Shown in pieces: positions 10,715 to 21,439 of a stretch of DNA of 64,000 nucleotides. A program made the translations under genes and the position numbers. The DNA comes from an uncultured Candidatus Binatia bacterium (lineage in GTDB: Bacteria; Desulfobacterota; Binatia; UBA9968; JAJDTQ01), in the NCBI GenBank assembly GCA_965215605.1, contig OZ244070.1:2304001-2368000 (forward strand). Reading direction: 5' to 3'. Under the pieces are notes generated by a model. It did no database searches. It was not told the DNA's origin and saw only the letters and a program-made list of their open reading frames with translations. Within the stretch, counting starts at the first letter, position 1. Every line of letters starts with the position of its first letter.

Positions 10715-10718
<4 letters not shown>
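9519..10718 (+). CDS. Schlafen/AlbA_2 domain plus RecG-C-terminal-like HATPase domain protein
   Basis: GEDRHTELKR and CAFANTEGGLVILGVED (AlbA_2); AIREALANAVTHRDY, SPGTLP, RNESLA, MERRGRG (HATPase_c_4-like); GGAGA RBS before ATG 9519. Confidence 0.88.
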
Positions 10719-11924
<1,206 letters not shown>

Positions 11925-11951
11925 GCCCAATGTTCCAATTCCCAGCGGCTT

Positions 11952-12590
11952 GTGACCTTGACCTCAATCACTAGGCATTTGGCAAAATGCTCCCTTCACC
12001 CTGAGCGGGTGATTTTTTTGGACATCGAGACCACCGGGCTGAATCCTTACCGTGACGAATTCACTGTGATCGGATGGGCGTACGGCGGTCACGTGAACAC
12101 CATGGTCAAAGGCATGGGTTCAGACCGGCTCTGTGAAGACCTCCGACGCGCGAGGTGGTTGGTTACGTTCAATGGGGTCCGCTTCGACACGAAGTTTTTG
12201 GCGCGAGCTTTCCCTCGGATAGCCCTACCGAGTGTCCATTTCGACCTCCTGAAACTCTGCCGACGAGTTGGACTGAGGGGCGGTCAGAAGGCGATTGAAC
12301 ATGTTCTTGGAATCGGCCAGAGAGACGAAGCGACAAGACTCACTGGTGCGGAAGCGGTGGAACTTTGGCGTCGATACGTCCAAGGAGACGGTGAGGCATT
12401 GCAGAGACTCATCCTGTACAACAGAGCCGATGTCGCAGCTATGGGACCGATCCTTGATGAAATCGTGCAACGAATGGGCCTTCCGCTGGATTCATCCGTG
12501 AAGAAAGTGCGTTTTAGGGATTGGTCAGCGCCGCCCGGTTGGCAAGTGTTGCCAGACACCGGGCCCTGTTCGGCGCAGTTACGGTTTTAG
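11952..12590 (+). CDS. RNase H-like (YprB/RNase_H_2-type) DEDDy 3'-5' exonuclease
   Basis: ExoI FLDIETTG, ExoII VTFNGVRFD, GGQKAIE, ExoIII YNRAD; start uncertain; same frame as cas2. Confidence 0.85.
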   Translation: MTLTSITRHLAKCSLHPERVIFLDIETTGLNPYRDEFTVIGWAYGGHVNTMVKGMGSDRLCEDLRRARWLVTFNGVRFDTKFLARAFPRIALPSVHFDLLKLCRRVGLRGGQKAIEHVLGIGQRDEATRLTGAEAVELWRRYVQGDGEALQRLILYNRADVAAMGPILDEIVQRMGLPLDSSVKKVRFRDWSAPPGWQVLPDTGPCSAQLRF

Positions 12591-12711
12591 GGCGACAGGG
12601 TGATAAAGAGGGTTTGTTGGCCGATACGTTTTCGGTTTCTTCGGGCAATTGGCAATCCGTGTGTGAATCGTTGCCGAGAAACAGTAGGAATTCCACGTAC
12701 TTCCTCGAAGA
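12591..12711 (+). promoter_or_regulatory. CRISPR leader
   Basis: About 120 bp of relatively AT-rich non-coding DNA between the cas genes and the first repeat. Confidence 0.75.
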
Positions 12712-13670
12712 GCGTTCCCCGCCCGCGCGGGGATGAACCGGTGCTTTGTGTTCTCGATAGCTGCCGGGAATGGCGTTCCCCGCCCGCGCGGGGATGAACC
12801 GCGTGAGTGCGCCTCTGTGAGTACTCGGTCTGGGCGTTCCCCGCCCGCGCGGGGATGAACCGCAGCCCCCACCACGTATCGAGGCATCCAGCACGCGTTC
12901 CCCGCCCGCGCGGGGATGAACCGATCTTTAACTGTGCGGTAGCACCAACCACGAAGCGTTCCCCGCCCGCGCGGGGATGAACCGTGTCAAGGGACTACGC
13001 ACGACCGCTAGATATCGCGTTCCCCGCCCGCGCGGGGATGAACCGATTAGCCACGACGAACTGAAGAGCCTTCGCACGCGTTCCCCGCCCGCGCGGGGAT
13101 GAACCGGTCGGGCTCAAGGTCCAGGCCACCATGAGTCCGCGTTCCCCGCCCGCGCGGGGATGAACCGCCGTATACTACAGTCGCAGGTAATGACACCGGG
13201 CGTTCCCCGCCCGCGCGGGGATGAACCGCGACGTGGGAGGCTGTTCGAGAGATAGCGGGCGCGTTCCCCGCCCGCGCGGGGATGAACCGCGCACGTCGAA
13301 GCTCTGGGTTTGGATTGCCCAGCGTTCCCCGCCCGCGCGGGGATGAACCGCTCGCTCGGCCCTTTAGCCGCGTAGTCTGCGAGCGTTCCCCGCCCGCGCG
13401 GGGATGAACCGGAGCGTCAGATCGACCTGCTCGACGCCCGGATGCGTTCCCCGCCCGCGCGGGGATGAACCGGAGACGACAATGAAGCTGTCAATGGCAA
13501 CCGAAAACTGCACACATTTGGCAATCGAAAACTGCACACTTTCGAGAAGAGCGTCCGTGCAGAAGTGACGCTCTGCGGTTGGTTCGGTTCATGGGTCATG
13601 GTCTGGACGGAGGGAGCGGAGCGAGCGGAGTCCAGGCCATGACGGGTTGCAGATCGGCAGGACATGGCGC

Positions 13671-14468
13671 TCACAGGACGCCTCCCTGGCGAGGCTGCTC
13701 GTCGGCTGACCGCATGAGGTTGCGGTGTTCGCGCATCCTGTAGCTGTTGCCGCGGATGTTGACGATGTGGCAGTGGTGGAGGAGCCGGTCGATGAGGGCA
13801 GCAGCCATGACCTCGTCGCCGAGGACGCTGCCCCAGTCCTCGAAGCCCTTGTTGGAGGTGAGCACGGTGGAGGCGCGTTCGTGCCTGGCGTTGATGAGCT
13901 GGAAGAAGAGCACGGCGCCGTCCTGGGTAACCGGCAGGTAGCCGATCTCGTCCACCAAGAGCAAGGCGGGATAGGTGAGGACCCGCAGCCGGCGGGAGAG
14001 CTCGCCTGCGGCCTTGGCCTCCAGCAGCGACTCGATCAGTCCGGCCAGGGTTCCGTAGTAGACGCGGCGGCCGGATTCGGCGGCGGCGACGGCTAGGCTG
14101 ATAGCCAGATGAGTCTTGCCGACCCCGGGCGGCCCGAGAAAAATGACGTTTTCGCGGCGATCCAGGAAGCCGAGTTCGTGGAGGCTCTCGATCTGCTCGC
14201 GCTTGATGCTGGGCTGGAAGGCGAAGTCGAACTGGGCCAGGGTCTTCACGGCCGGCAGCCGCGACGAGCGCATGGCGGTCTGGAGGCGGCGGTTGTTGCG
14301 CAACCCGATCTGGGCGTCCAACAACTGCTCGATAGCCTCGCTGGCGGTGGCCGCCCCGCTGTCGGCCTGGGCCAGGACGTCGTCGACGGCCTCGAGCGCG
14401 CCCGGCATCTTCAGATCCGCCAGCATCGCCCGCAGCCGGTCGCGCCGGTTGCCTGCCTCGGCCCTCAT
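13671..14468 (-). CDS. istB: IS21 helper ATPase IstB
   Basis: GPPGVGKTHLA Walker A, LLVDEIGY Walker B, LTSNK, DRLLHH, GNSYR. Confidence 0.95.
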   Translation of the reverse strand: MRAEAGNRRDRLRAMLADLKMPGALEAVDDVLAQADSGAATASEAIEQLLDAQIGLRNNRRLQTAMRSSRLPAVKTLAQFDFAFQPSIKREQIESLHELGFLDRRENVIFLGPPGVGKTHLAISLAVAAAESGRRVYYGTLAGLIESLLEAKAAGELSRRLRVLTYPALLLVDEIGYLPVTQDGAVLFFQLINARHERASTVLTSNKGFEDWGSVLGDEVMAAALIDRLLHHCHIVNIRGNSYRMREHRNLMRSADEQPRQGGVL

Positions 14469-15487
14469 GACACCGCCTCCGCGTAGACCCTGAGCGAGCG
14501 CCGCTCGACGTCTACGGTGACGGGCAGGGGGCGCCGGGCTTGCTGTGGAAGCCTGTGCATACCAAGGCGCCGATACGGGCAACTCGCCAACGGCAGCAGC
14601 GCCTGCTGCTCGTCGCGCTCGAAGCGGTCCACCGGGCGCTCCCTGGTGGTGCCGTGCCAGCGCCGGTTCGCGGTTCCCTCAAGCCACAAGCGCGCCTGCT
14701 CGTTCAGGTCCTCGTCGTTCAGGAACTCCCGGCCGTAGAAGAAGTTGTTGCGGATGTAGCGGATCGGCCGCTCCACCTTGCCCTTGGTTTGGGCTCGGTA
14801 CGGCCGGCATGCCCGAGGCCGGAACCCCCAGTGCGCGGCGAACCGCAAGAAGTCCGCGTTCAACACCAACTCGCCCCCGCCCGCGCGGCCGTCCGACAGC
14901 ACCACCGTCCGCATCTGGTCGAACAAGAGCTCCTGCGGCACCCCGCCGAAGCACTCGAAGGCGCTCTCCAGCCCTTCGATCAGCACTGCCATCGTCTGCC
15001 GCCGGTAAAACCGCAGCCACAACAGCCGGGAGTGGCTCAGAACCATCACCAAAGCATGCCGCCGCCCCCAGGGAAGCGTGAACGTCGCAAAGTCCACCTG
15101 CCCCTGCCGTCCCGCCGGCGTCTCGAACCGCACCACCGCCTCCGCCGGCTCCCTTGGCCGCACCGCCCGAACGTACTCCCTCACACGGACGTACCCGCCC
15201 GTGTAGCCTGCCCCTCGTACCTCGTCGTACAGCCGCTTCGCCGACAACCGCGGATACTCCTCCAGTCGCGCCTCGATGATCCCCTTGTACGGATCCAGCT
15301 TGTGACACACCGGCGGCCTCGCCCTGTATCGCGTCCCGCCTCCCGACAGATCCCGGTCCAACTGTCCTGTCTCGATCCACTCGTGGATCGTCCGGCGACT
15401 CACCCCGAACCGCCGCGACAGCTCCGTCTTCGTTACACCCCGTTCCAGATAGTGCCTAAGCAGCATCCTCGTCTCCCATCCGTGCAT
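14465..15487 (-). CDS. istA: IS21 DDE transposase IstA
   Basis: N-terminal HTH, RFETPAGRQGQVDF, FGGVPQELLFDQM, QTKGKVER. Confidence 0.95.
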   Translation of the reverse strand: MHGWETRMLLRHYLERGVTKTELSRRFGVSRRTIHEWIETGQLDRDLSGGGTRYRARPPVCHKLDPYKGIIEARLEEYPRLSAKRLYDEVRGAGYTGGYVRVREYVRAVRPREPAEAVVRFETPAGRQGQVDFATFTLPWGRRHALVMVLSHSRLLWLRFYRRQTMAVLIEGLESAFECFGGVPQELLFDQMRTVVLSDGRAGGGELVLNADFLRFAAHWGFRPRACRPYRAQTKGKVERPIRYIRNNFFYGREFLNDEDLNEQARLWLEGTANRRWHGTTRERPVDRFERDEQQALLPLASCPYRRLGMHRLPQQARRPLPVTVDVERRSLRVYAEAVS

Positions 15488-17060
15488 CTGTGCTCCGCTC
15501 CGTTCCTGTTGGTCTTGCCAACAGCCTGGACCCGAGCACTCACGCCAGCAATCAATGTGTGCAGTTTTCGATTGCCATAAATGGGAAATTTACAGTTGCC
15601 ACCAACAGAAGCGCAAGGACACCATCGAGCGTTCCCCGCCCGCGCGGGGATGAACCGGCGTCCTCCCCCGCTATCGTGACGGGCACTCCGCGTTCCCCGC
15701 CCGCGCGGGGATGAACCGGCGGTGTGTCCCACCGGCAAACTGCCAATGGGGCGTTCCCCGCCCACGCGGGGATGAACCGACTAGTAATTAGGGAATTTCA
15801 ACCCACTAACCGCGTTCCCCGCCCGCGCGGGGATGAACCGGAGATTTCGGCGTTCTCGATCCTCGCGTCCAGGCGTTCCCCGCCCGCGCGGGGATGAACC
15901 GGCCCTAAGTCGGCGGGGGAATCGAGCGTCTGAGCGTTCCCCGCCCGCGCGGGGATGAACCGTTTCTGCGACGGTCTGCTAGTTCGAACGCTCTGCGTTC
16001 CCCGCCCGCGCGGGGATGAACCGATACCCGGCCAGCGGATAGCGCGGCATCCGGCGCGTTCCCCGCCCGCGCGGGGATGAACCGCGAAGGATTTCCCCGT
16101 CGCCAGATCAAAAAAAGCGTTCCCCGCCCGCGCGGGGATGAACCGTCCAGCCGTAGCACGCTCGTTGATACGCGCACGCGTTCCCCGCCCGCGCGGGGAT
16201 GAACCGACTCGGATGGGTCGCAGACATTTCGATATGAGGCGTTCCCCGCCCGCGCGGGGATGAACCGCTGCTGGTCCACACAGGCAGCGGCCTGGCGATG
16301 CGTTCCCCGCCCGCGCGGGGATGAACCGCCTACCATCGCATGTGATGTAACTATTCCGCGGCGTTCCCCGCCCGCGCGGGGATGAACCGGCTTTGTGGAT
16401 CGTTTGTCCGGCTGAGTCTGCGCGTTCCCCGCCCGCGCGGGGATGAACCGCCTTGTGTCCTATCCATCGCTGGCTCCTCCTGGCGTTCCCCGCCCGCGCG
16501 GGGATGAACCGCAGCATCAGGCCGAGCAGGATCACCACCAGAAGCGTTCCCCGCCCGCGCGGGGATGAACCGGCCGGGTTCTTGCTGCAGCTGGTGTTCG
16601 GCACGCGTTCCCCGCCCGCGCGGGGATGAACCGTGTAAAGGGGCTACGCACGACAGCTAGATATCGCGTTCCCCGCCCGCGCGGGGATGAACCGGGTTCG
16701 ACGCAGCGGGAGTCCCCACCGTTCAAGCGTTCCCCGCCCGCGCGGGGATGAACCGATACGCACGTACGGGTTTGATAATTAGCCCACGCGTTTCCCGCCC
16801 GCGCGGGGATGAACCGGTGTCGGAATTCTGCTCAAACTGGTGCGCAAAGCGTTCCCCGCCCGCGCGGGGATGAACCGGCCAAGGAGTGGGACCCCCAGCC
16901 GCCCCGGTAGCGTTCCCCGCCCGCGCGGGGATGAACCGGCGGCGTCGGTCAGGAAGGCGACTTCGTCCCCATGCCAAGCATAGGGGTGATCCCACTCAGA
17001 CCGAGTGCAAAGAGTACAGGCCCGGCGAAGCTGTTTGCTGTGCCCTCGCGTATGAGGAGG

Positions 17061-17261
17061 TCACTTGCCCGCGGGTGATGGAATTGACGGAGAGAAAGAA
17101 GGTGTTGACTTGCTGCCAGCGAGAAACCGGGGCTTCTGAGGCGCCGACAAACAGTATCGAGTCGTCGGTGTCGTTCGCCGGTCGGGTTTGAGTTCTCCTC
17201 GGCGAATGGCTCCAGCCTGCCTGATGCTCTCAACCAGCCGTTTGAAGTCGCTTTCCTTCAC
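17061..17261 (-). pseudogene. Truncated HigA/NadS-like antitoxin remnant
   Basis: MKESDFKRLVESIRQAGAIRRGELKP resembles the N-terminus of NadS/HigA2-type antitoxins; the HTH half is absent. Confidence 0.5.
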
Positions 17262-17291
17262 CCGAGTGTCCCCTTCATCAACGATGTCCGC

Positions 17292-18182
17292 TCAGATCAC
17301 CTTGTTCAGCGGGTACTCGACGATCCCGACGGCGCCGGCTCGCGTCAGTTCGGGGATGAGTTCGCGCACCACGTCCTCGGCGATGATGCTTTCCACCGAG
17401 AACCACTTCTTTCCTTTCAGGGCGGGGGTGTCGTAGAGGGTTGCGACGGTCGGGGCGGTCACGCTCGGGATCAGGCCGATGATCTTCTCGAGGTCGGCTT
17501 CCATCACGTTCATCTTGATGCCTACCTTGTGCTCGGCGGCCAGGGCGCCCTGGAGCAGCATGCTGATCTGCTCGATCTTGGCGTGCTTCCATGGGTCCTG
17601 CCAAGCGGTCTTGTTGGCGATGAGCTGGGGCGCGGACTCCAGCAGGTCGGTGACGATGCGGAGGCCGTGGGCGCGGATGGTGCCGCCGGTCTCGGTCACT
17701 TCGACGATGGCGTCGGCCAGGCCTTCGGCGGCCTTGGCCTCGGTGGCGCCCCAGGAGAACTCCACGTCCACCGGCGTGTCGTGCGCCTCGAACAGCCGCC
17801 GGGTGAAGTTGACCATCTCGGTGGCGACCTTCTTGCCCTTGAGGTCTTCGATCTTCTGCACCGGCGAGTCGTGAGGCACGGCGAGCACCCAGCGCGTCGG
17901 CCGGAAGCTCGTCTTGGCATAGATCAACTCGGTGATGTACTCGACGTCCGAGTCGTTCTCCTGGATCCAGTCCCTGCCGGTGATGCCGGCGTCCAGGGTG
18001 CCGTCCTCCACGTAGCGCGACATCTCCTGCGCGCGCACCACGCTGCAGTTCAGGGACTTGTCGTCGATGGAAGGGAAGTAGCTCCGGTCCATGCCGGTGA
18101 TCTTCCATCCCGACTTGCGGAACAACTCGATGGTGGACTTCTCCAGGCTTCCCTTGGGGAGCCCCAGCTTGAGTTGGCTCAC
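17292..18182 (-). CDS. hisG: ATP phosphoribosyltransferase, long form
   Basis: LKLGLPKGSL, DAGITG, FSWGATE, ETGGTIRAHGL; GTG start overlaps the hisI stop. Confidence 0.95.
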   Translation of the reverse strand: MSQLKLGLPKGSLEKSTIELFRKSGWKITGMDRSYFPSIDDKSLNCSVVRAQEMSRYVEDGTLDAGITGRDWIQENDSDVEYITELIYAKTSFRPTRWVLAVPHDSPVQKIEDLKGKKVATEMVNFTRRLFEAHDTPVDVEFSWGATEAKAAEGLADAIVEVTETGGTIRAHGLRIVTDLLESAPQLIANKTAWQDPWKHAKIEQISMLLQGALAAEHKVGIKMNVMEADLEKIIGLIPSVTAPTVATLYDTPALKGKKWFSVESIIAEDVVRELIPELTRAGAVGIVEYPLNKVI

Positions 18183-18577
18183 TTTTTGTAGACCTCCTCG
18201 GGGTCGAAGACCTTCTCCGCGCACACCTCCCAGTCGGCGCCGGCATCGTGGCGGAAGAAGCAGGTGCGGTAACCCATGTGGCAGGCGCCGCCGCCCTGCT
18301 GGTCGATCTTGAGGATCAGCGTGTCGTTGTCGCAGTCCACCAGGATGTCGTGCACCACCTGGAAGTGGCCGGATTCCTCACCCTTGAGCCAAAGCTTGTC
18401 CCGGGAACGGCTGTAGTAGTGGGCCTTGCCGGTTTCGCGTGTGAGGTTGAAGGCCTGTTCGTTCATGTAGGCCAGCATGAGCACGTCCAAGGTCTCGTGG
18501 TCCTGCACCACCACCGGGACGATCCCTCCACCCTTGGCAAAATCGATGGTCTCCATTCGGGTCTCTACCCCTTTCAT
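18179..18577 (-). CDS. hisI: Phosphoribosyl-AMP cyclohydrolase
   Basis: YYSRSRDKLWLKGEESG, DCDND, ACHMGYRTCF (start may be 18556). Confidence 0.95.
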   Translation of the reverse strand: MKGVETRMETIDFAKGGGIVPVVVQDHETLDVLMLAYMNEQAFNLTRETGKAHYYSRSRDKLWLKGEESGHFQVVHDILVDCDNDTLILKIDQQGGGACHMGYRTCFFRHDAGADWEVCAEKVFDPEEVYKK

Positions 18578-18749
18578 GAAATCTGTCTTCGGGAATGCGC
18601 TACGATCCCGCGGCAGCGGGAGCGCGACAGGCTGGATCAGGCCACTGTCACCGGCTCACACTATGCAAAACACGAAATAAAACATACAAAGGTTGGGCGC
18701 GCAAACGGACCTGGAGAGGCGCGATTTTCAAGGGATTTGGGGCAGTCAC

Positions 18750-19070
18750 ATGAGCGAATTCATGGTTGTCTACATCACCGCGTCGGGTGACAATGCCAAG
18801 GATCTGGCGAGCGCGCTGGTGCGGGAGAAGCTCGCCGCCTGCGTCAACCGCGTGCCCGGGGTCGAGTCCACCTACAACTGGGAAGGGCGGGTGGAGCGCG
18901 ACACCGAGGACCTCCTCATCGTCAAGACCCGGACCGACCTCTTCGACCGCCTCAAGCAGAGGACCCAGGCCCTCCACGATTACGATGTCCCCGAAATCGT
19001 CGGCGTCCCCATCGACCAGGGCAGCGAGAGCTACCTGGAGTGGATGACGGCCTCCTTGTCCAAGGATTGA
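18750..19070 (+). CDS. cutA: Divalent-cation tolerance protein CutA
   Basis: LVREKLAACVN, STYNWEG, HDYDVPEI. Confidence 0.93.
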   Translation: MSEFMVVYITASGDNAKDLASALVREKLAACVNRVPGVESTYNWEGRVERDTEDLLIVKTRTDLFDRLKQRTQALHDYDVPEIVGVPIDQGSESYLEWMTASLSKD

Positions 19071-19177
19071 CCCCCGCCGCGGACAAGCGCGGGAAACCGC
19101 AAAAACTTGCGCTCGTGGCCGCCATTGTCTAAGTGTCCTGTATCCGAAGCAAATCATCGAATCAGGGAGTACAAACC

Positions 19178-20557
19178 ATGAGAGACCTCCAGGAATTCAT
19201 CGCCGAAGAGGAGAGCAGGCGTCCAGGGGACGTGATCCGGGTGAAGGAGCCCATCGACCCCAACAAGTGCGAGACCATCGCCTTTCTCAAGCACCTCGAC
19301 GACCGAGGGCTGGAGAAGATGGTGCTGTTCGAGAACGTCACGACGCTGGAAGGGAAGCCGTCGCCGTTCCCGCTGTTCTACAACCCCTGGGTCAGCCGGC
19401 AATTCTGTGCCGACGGCATCGGTATGGGCGACCTCACCTCCAAGATGGAACTGAGCCTCGAGGTCTCGCGGCTGGAGAAGGAGAAGGGCGACACGGAGGT
19501 CATCGCGCCCGACAGCGCCCTTTGTCAGCAGGTGGTGTTGAAGGGGCCCGAGGTGGATCTGGCGAGGTTCCCCATCCCCATGCACCACGACCTGGACATC
19601 GGACCCTACTGGACCATGGCCTGCGTCATGAAGGGCGAATCGGCGCCGTTCTATGACATTACGTTCACCAAGAACCTGTATTACGACGGCAAGACCATGA
19701 GTTTCTCGGCCCACAAGCATCATCACCTGGAGGCCATCGTCACCGAGAACGAGGCCAAGGAGCAGCGGGCGCCGGTCATCATCGTGCTGGGACACCACCC
19801 GGCGTTCTACTTCTCGTCCTGCTGCATGACGCCTTACGGCAACGACGACTACCAGAGCGCGGCGGCGTTCATGCACGAGCCGCTGCGGCTGATCCCGTCG
19901 GTCACCTGGGGCGAGGACTTCCTCGTGCCCGCGGACGCCGAGATCATCATCGAGGGCGAGGTGCCGCCCAACGTGCGCCGCTCCCAGAACCCCTTCGGCG
20001 AGGTGCTGGGCTACTACCAGGTGACCATGGATGTGCCCATCGTGGAGGTCACCGCCATCACCCACCGCAAGAACGCCATCCTGCAGGATATCTGGGCGGG
20101 CCAGAAGGACCACTGGAACCTGGGCGGCATCACCAAGGAAGGCAGCGTCTACAACTCCATCAAGCGCAACATCCAGGGCCTCAAGGCCATCCACCTGCCG
20201 CCTTCGGGCTGCGGCCGCGTGATCTGCTACATCTCCATCGACAAGAAGTTCCCCAACGAGCCCAAGAAGGCGGCCATGCAGGCCTTTGCCGATATGCCCA
20301 ACCTCAAGCTGTGCGTGGTGGTGGACGACGACGTGGACGTTTTCAACGAGCGCGAGGTGCTGTGGGCCGTGGGTACCCGCACCCACTGGGACCGGGACCT
20401 GGACGTCATCCGCGAGGTCCAGAACTTCCGCGGCTGGCTCGGCGACAGCGTCGCCGTGGTGGACGCCACCAAGCCCCTGGAAGGCGAGTTTCCCATCCGC
20501 AACGAGGTCCCCCTGGAGGCCATGAAGCGGGTGGACGTGAGCAAGTACGTTGGCTGA
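19178..20557 (+). CDS. UbiD-family decarboxylase
   Basis: VPADAEIIIEGEV, PFGEVLGYY, VVVDDDVDVFNEREVLWA, DATKP. Confidence 0.88.
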   Translation: MRDLQEFIAEEESRRPGDVIRVKEPIDPNKCETIAFLKHLDDRGLEKMVLFENVTTLEGKPSPFPLFYNPWVSRQFCADGIGMGDLTSKMELSLEVSRLEKEKGDTEVIAPDSALCQQVVLKGPEVDLARFPIPMHHDLDIGPYWTMACVMKGESAPFYDITFTKNLYYDGKTMSFSAHKHHHLEAIVTENEAKEQRAPVIIVLGHHPAFYFSSCCMTPYGNDDYQSAAAFMHEPLRLIPSVTWGEDFLVPADAEIIIEGEVPPNVRRSQNPFGEVLGYYQVTMDVPIVEVTAITHRKNAILQDIWAGQKDHWNLGGITKEGSVYNSIKRNIQGLKAIHLPPSGCGRVICYISIDKKFPNEPKKAAMQAFADMPNLKLCVVVDDDVDVFNEREVLWAVGTRTHWDRDLDVIREVQNFRGWLGDSVAVVDATKPLEGEFPIRNEVPLEAMKRVDVSKYVG

Positions 20558-20668
20558 CAGCTGTGTCACATTCGACGTGCGGATAAAGAGAACCGATGAC
20601 TCCCAACAGCCGGTGCTAGAAGATCGTCCGAAGCTTGTAGGCACGAGTTCAAGGCGAGGACTGGACCG

Positions 20669-21439
20669 ATGACTCAGCGTCGACGCTACAGGAACCCACC
20701 CATCAAAGAGGCGCTTTGCGAGTTTCGCTTCGCGCCGGGTCCGGATTGGGACCTCACGATCCCTGGAAAGCTCCAGGCTGCGCTCGGTGAGGAGTATTCC
20801 GGCAAACCCAGAGAACAGAAAGCAATGCAGGTAGGATTGCATGTCGAGGAAGGTAAGCCTGCCAACCTGCAGTATGGCGAGGGCTTGGCAAAGGTCCAGC
20901 TCTTAACGAGAGATGGAACAAGGCTGGTCGGCGTCGGCCCGGACGTCCTCAGTATTCATATGCTCCGCCCCTATCAGGACCCCTCCAGCTCCGAGGGAGG
21001 TGGATGGGAGGAGTTTGCGCCCCGCATTGCATCTGCGTTGGAGGCCTACCGAAAGGTGGTCGAACCCAACGGCATCAATCGGGTTGGCGTTCGTTACATT
21101 AACCAGATCGCGATTCCTGGGACTAACATTAGAGTTGAGGAGTATCTCAAATGCGCTCATCTGGAGATGAGGGGCTTGCCCGAACATTATGCAAATTTCT
21201 TGAGCCAAGTCGAATACTTGTATGACGATGGAGCACGTCTTAGATTGTCTTATGGTTTGCTTGGAGCCTTGCCGAGTGTCGTGGAATGCCTTCTTGATCT
21301 AGACGTCATTTGGCAAGACAATACGCCGATTGAATCGGAGGCATCGTTGGAAATCGCTAGCGACATGCACGAGCGGGCGGGATCGGCGTTTGAAGCCGTT
21401 GTAACGGATAAAGCCAGGGGGATCTTTGATGCTGGTTGA
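20669..21439 (+). CDS. TIGR04255-like sporadically distributed protein
   Basis: YRNPPIKEALCEFRF, PY...WEEF, RVGVRYINQI, LLDLDV motifs. Confidence 0.75.
   Translation: MTQRRRYRNPPIKEALCEFRFAPGPDWDLTIPGKLQAALGEEYSGKPREQKAMQVGLHVEEGKPANLQYGEGLAKVQLLTRDGTRLVGVGPDVLSIHMLRPYQDPSSSEGGGWEEFAPRIASALEAYRKVVEPNGINRVGVRYINQIAIPGTNIRVEEYLKCAHLEMRGLPEHYANFLSQVEYLYDDGARLRLSYGLLGALPSVVECLLDLDVIWQDNTPIESEASLEIASDMHERAGSAFEAVVTDKARGIFDAG

Larger units (their letters stand above)
13489..15607 (-). mobile_element. IS21-family insertion sequence, 2119 bp
   Basis: TG...CA ends; imperfect terminal IRs with internal GGCAA(C/T)CGAAAACTGCACAC repeats; 5-bp duplication GAAGC at 13484-13488 and 15608-15612; istA-istB. 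Confidence 0.96.
12712..16938 (+). CRISPR. Type I-E CRISPR array: 35 repeats (GCGTTCCCCGCCCGCGCGGGGATGAACCG) and 34 spacers of 32 bp, interrupted by IS21
   Basis: 61-bp period; 13 repeats at 12712-13472 and 22 repeats at 15629-16938; single-base variants at 15751 and 16788. Confidence 0.99.

Noticed and set aside
12591-12711. IHF site in the CRISPR leader
   Set aside because: No clear WATCAANNNNTTR match by eye, although ihfA is present in the window
16512-16543. Spacer 28 shares 15 nt (CCGAGCAGGATCACC) with etfA at 49036-49050
   Set aside because: The match is short, excludes the seed and is plausible by chance in GC-rich DNA; no full self-targeting spacer was noticed by eye
15798-16604. 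ORFs running through the CRISPR array
   Set aside because: Translations of the repeats (SSPRGRGT/RFIPARAGN/VHPRAGGER), not genes
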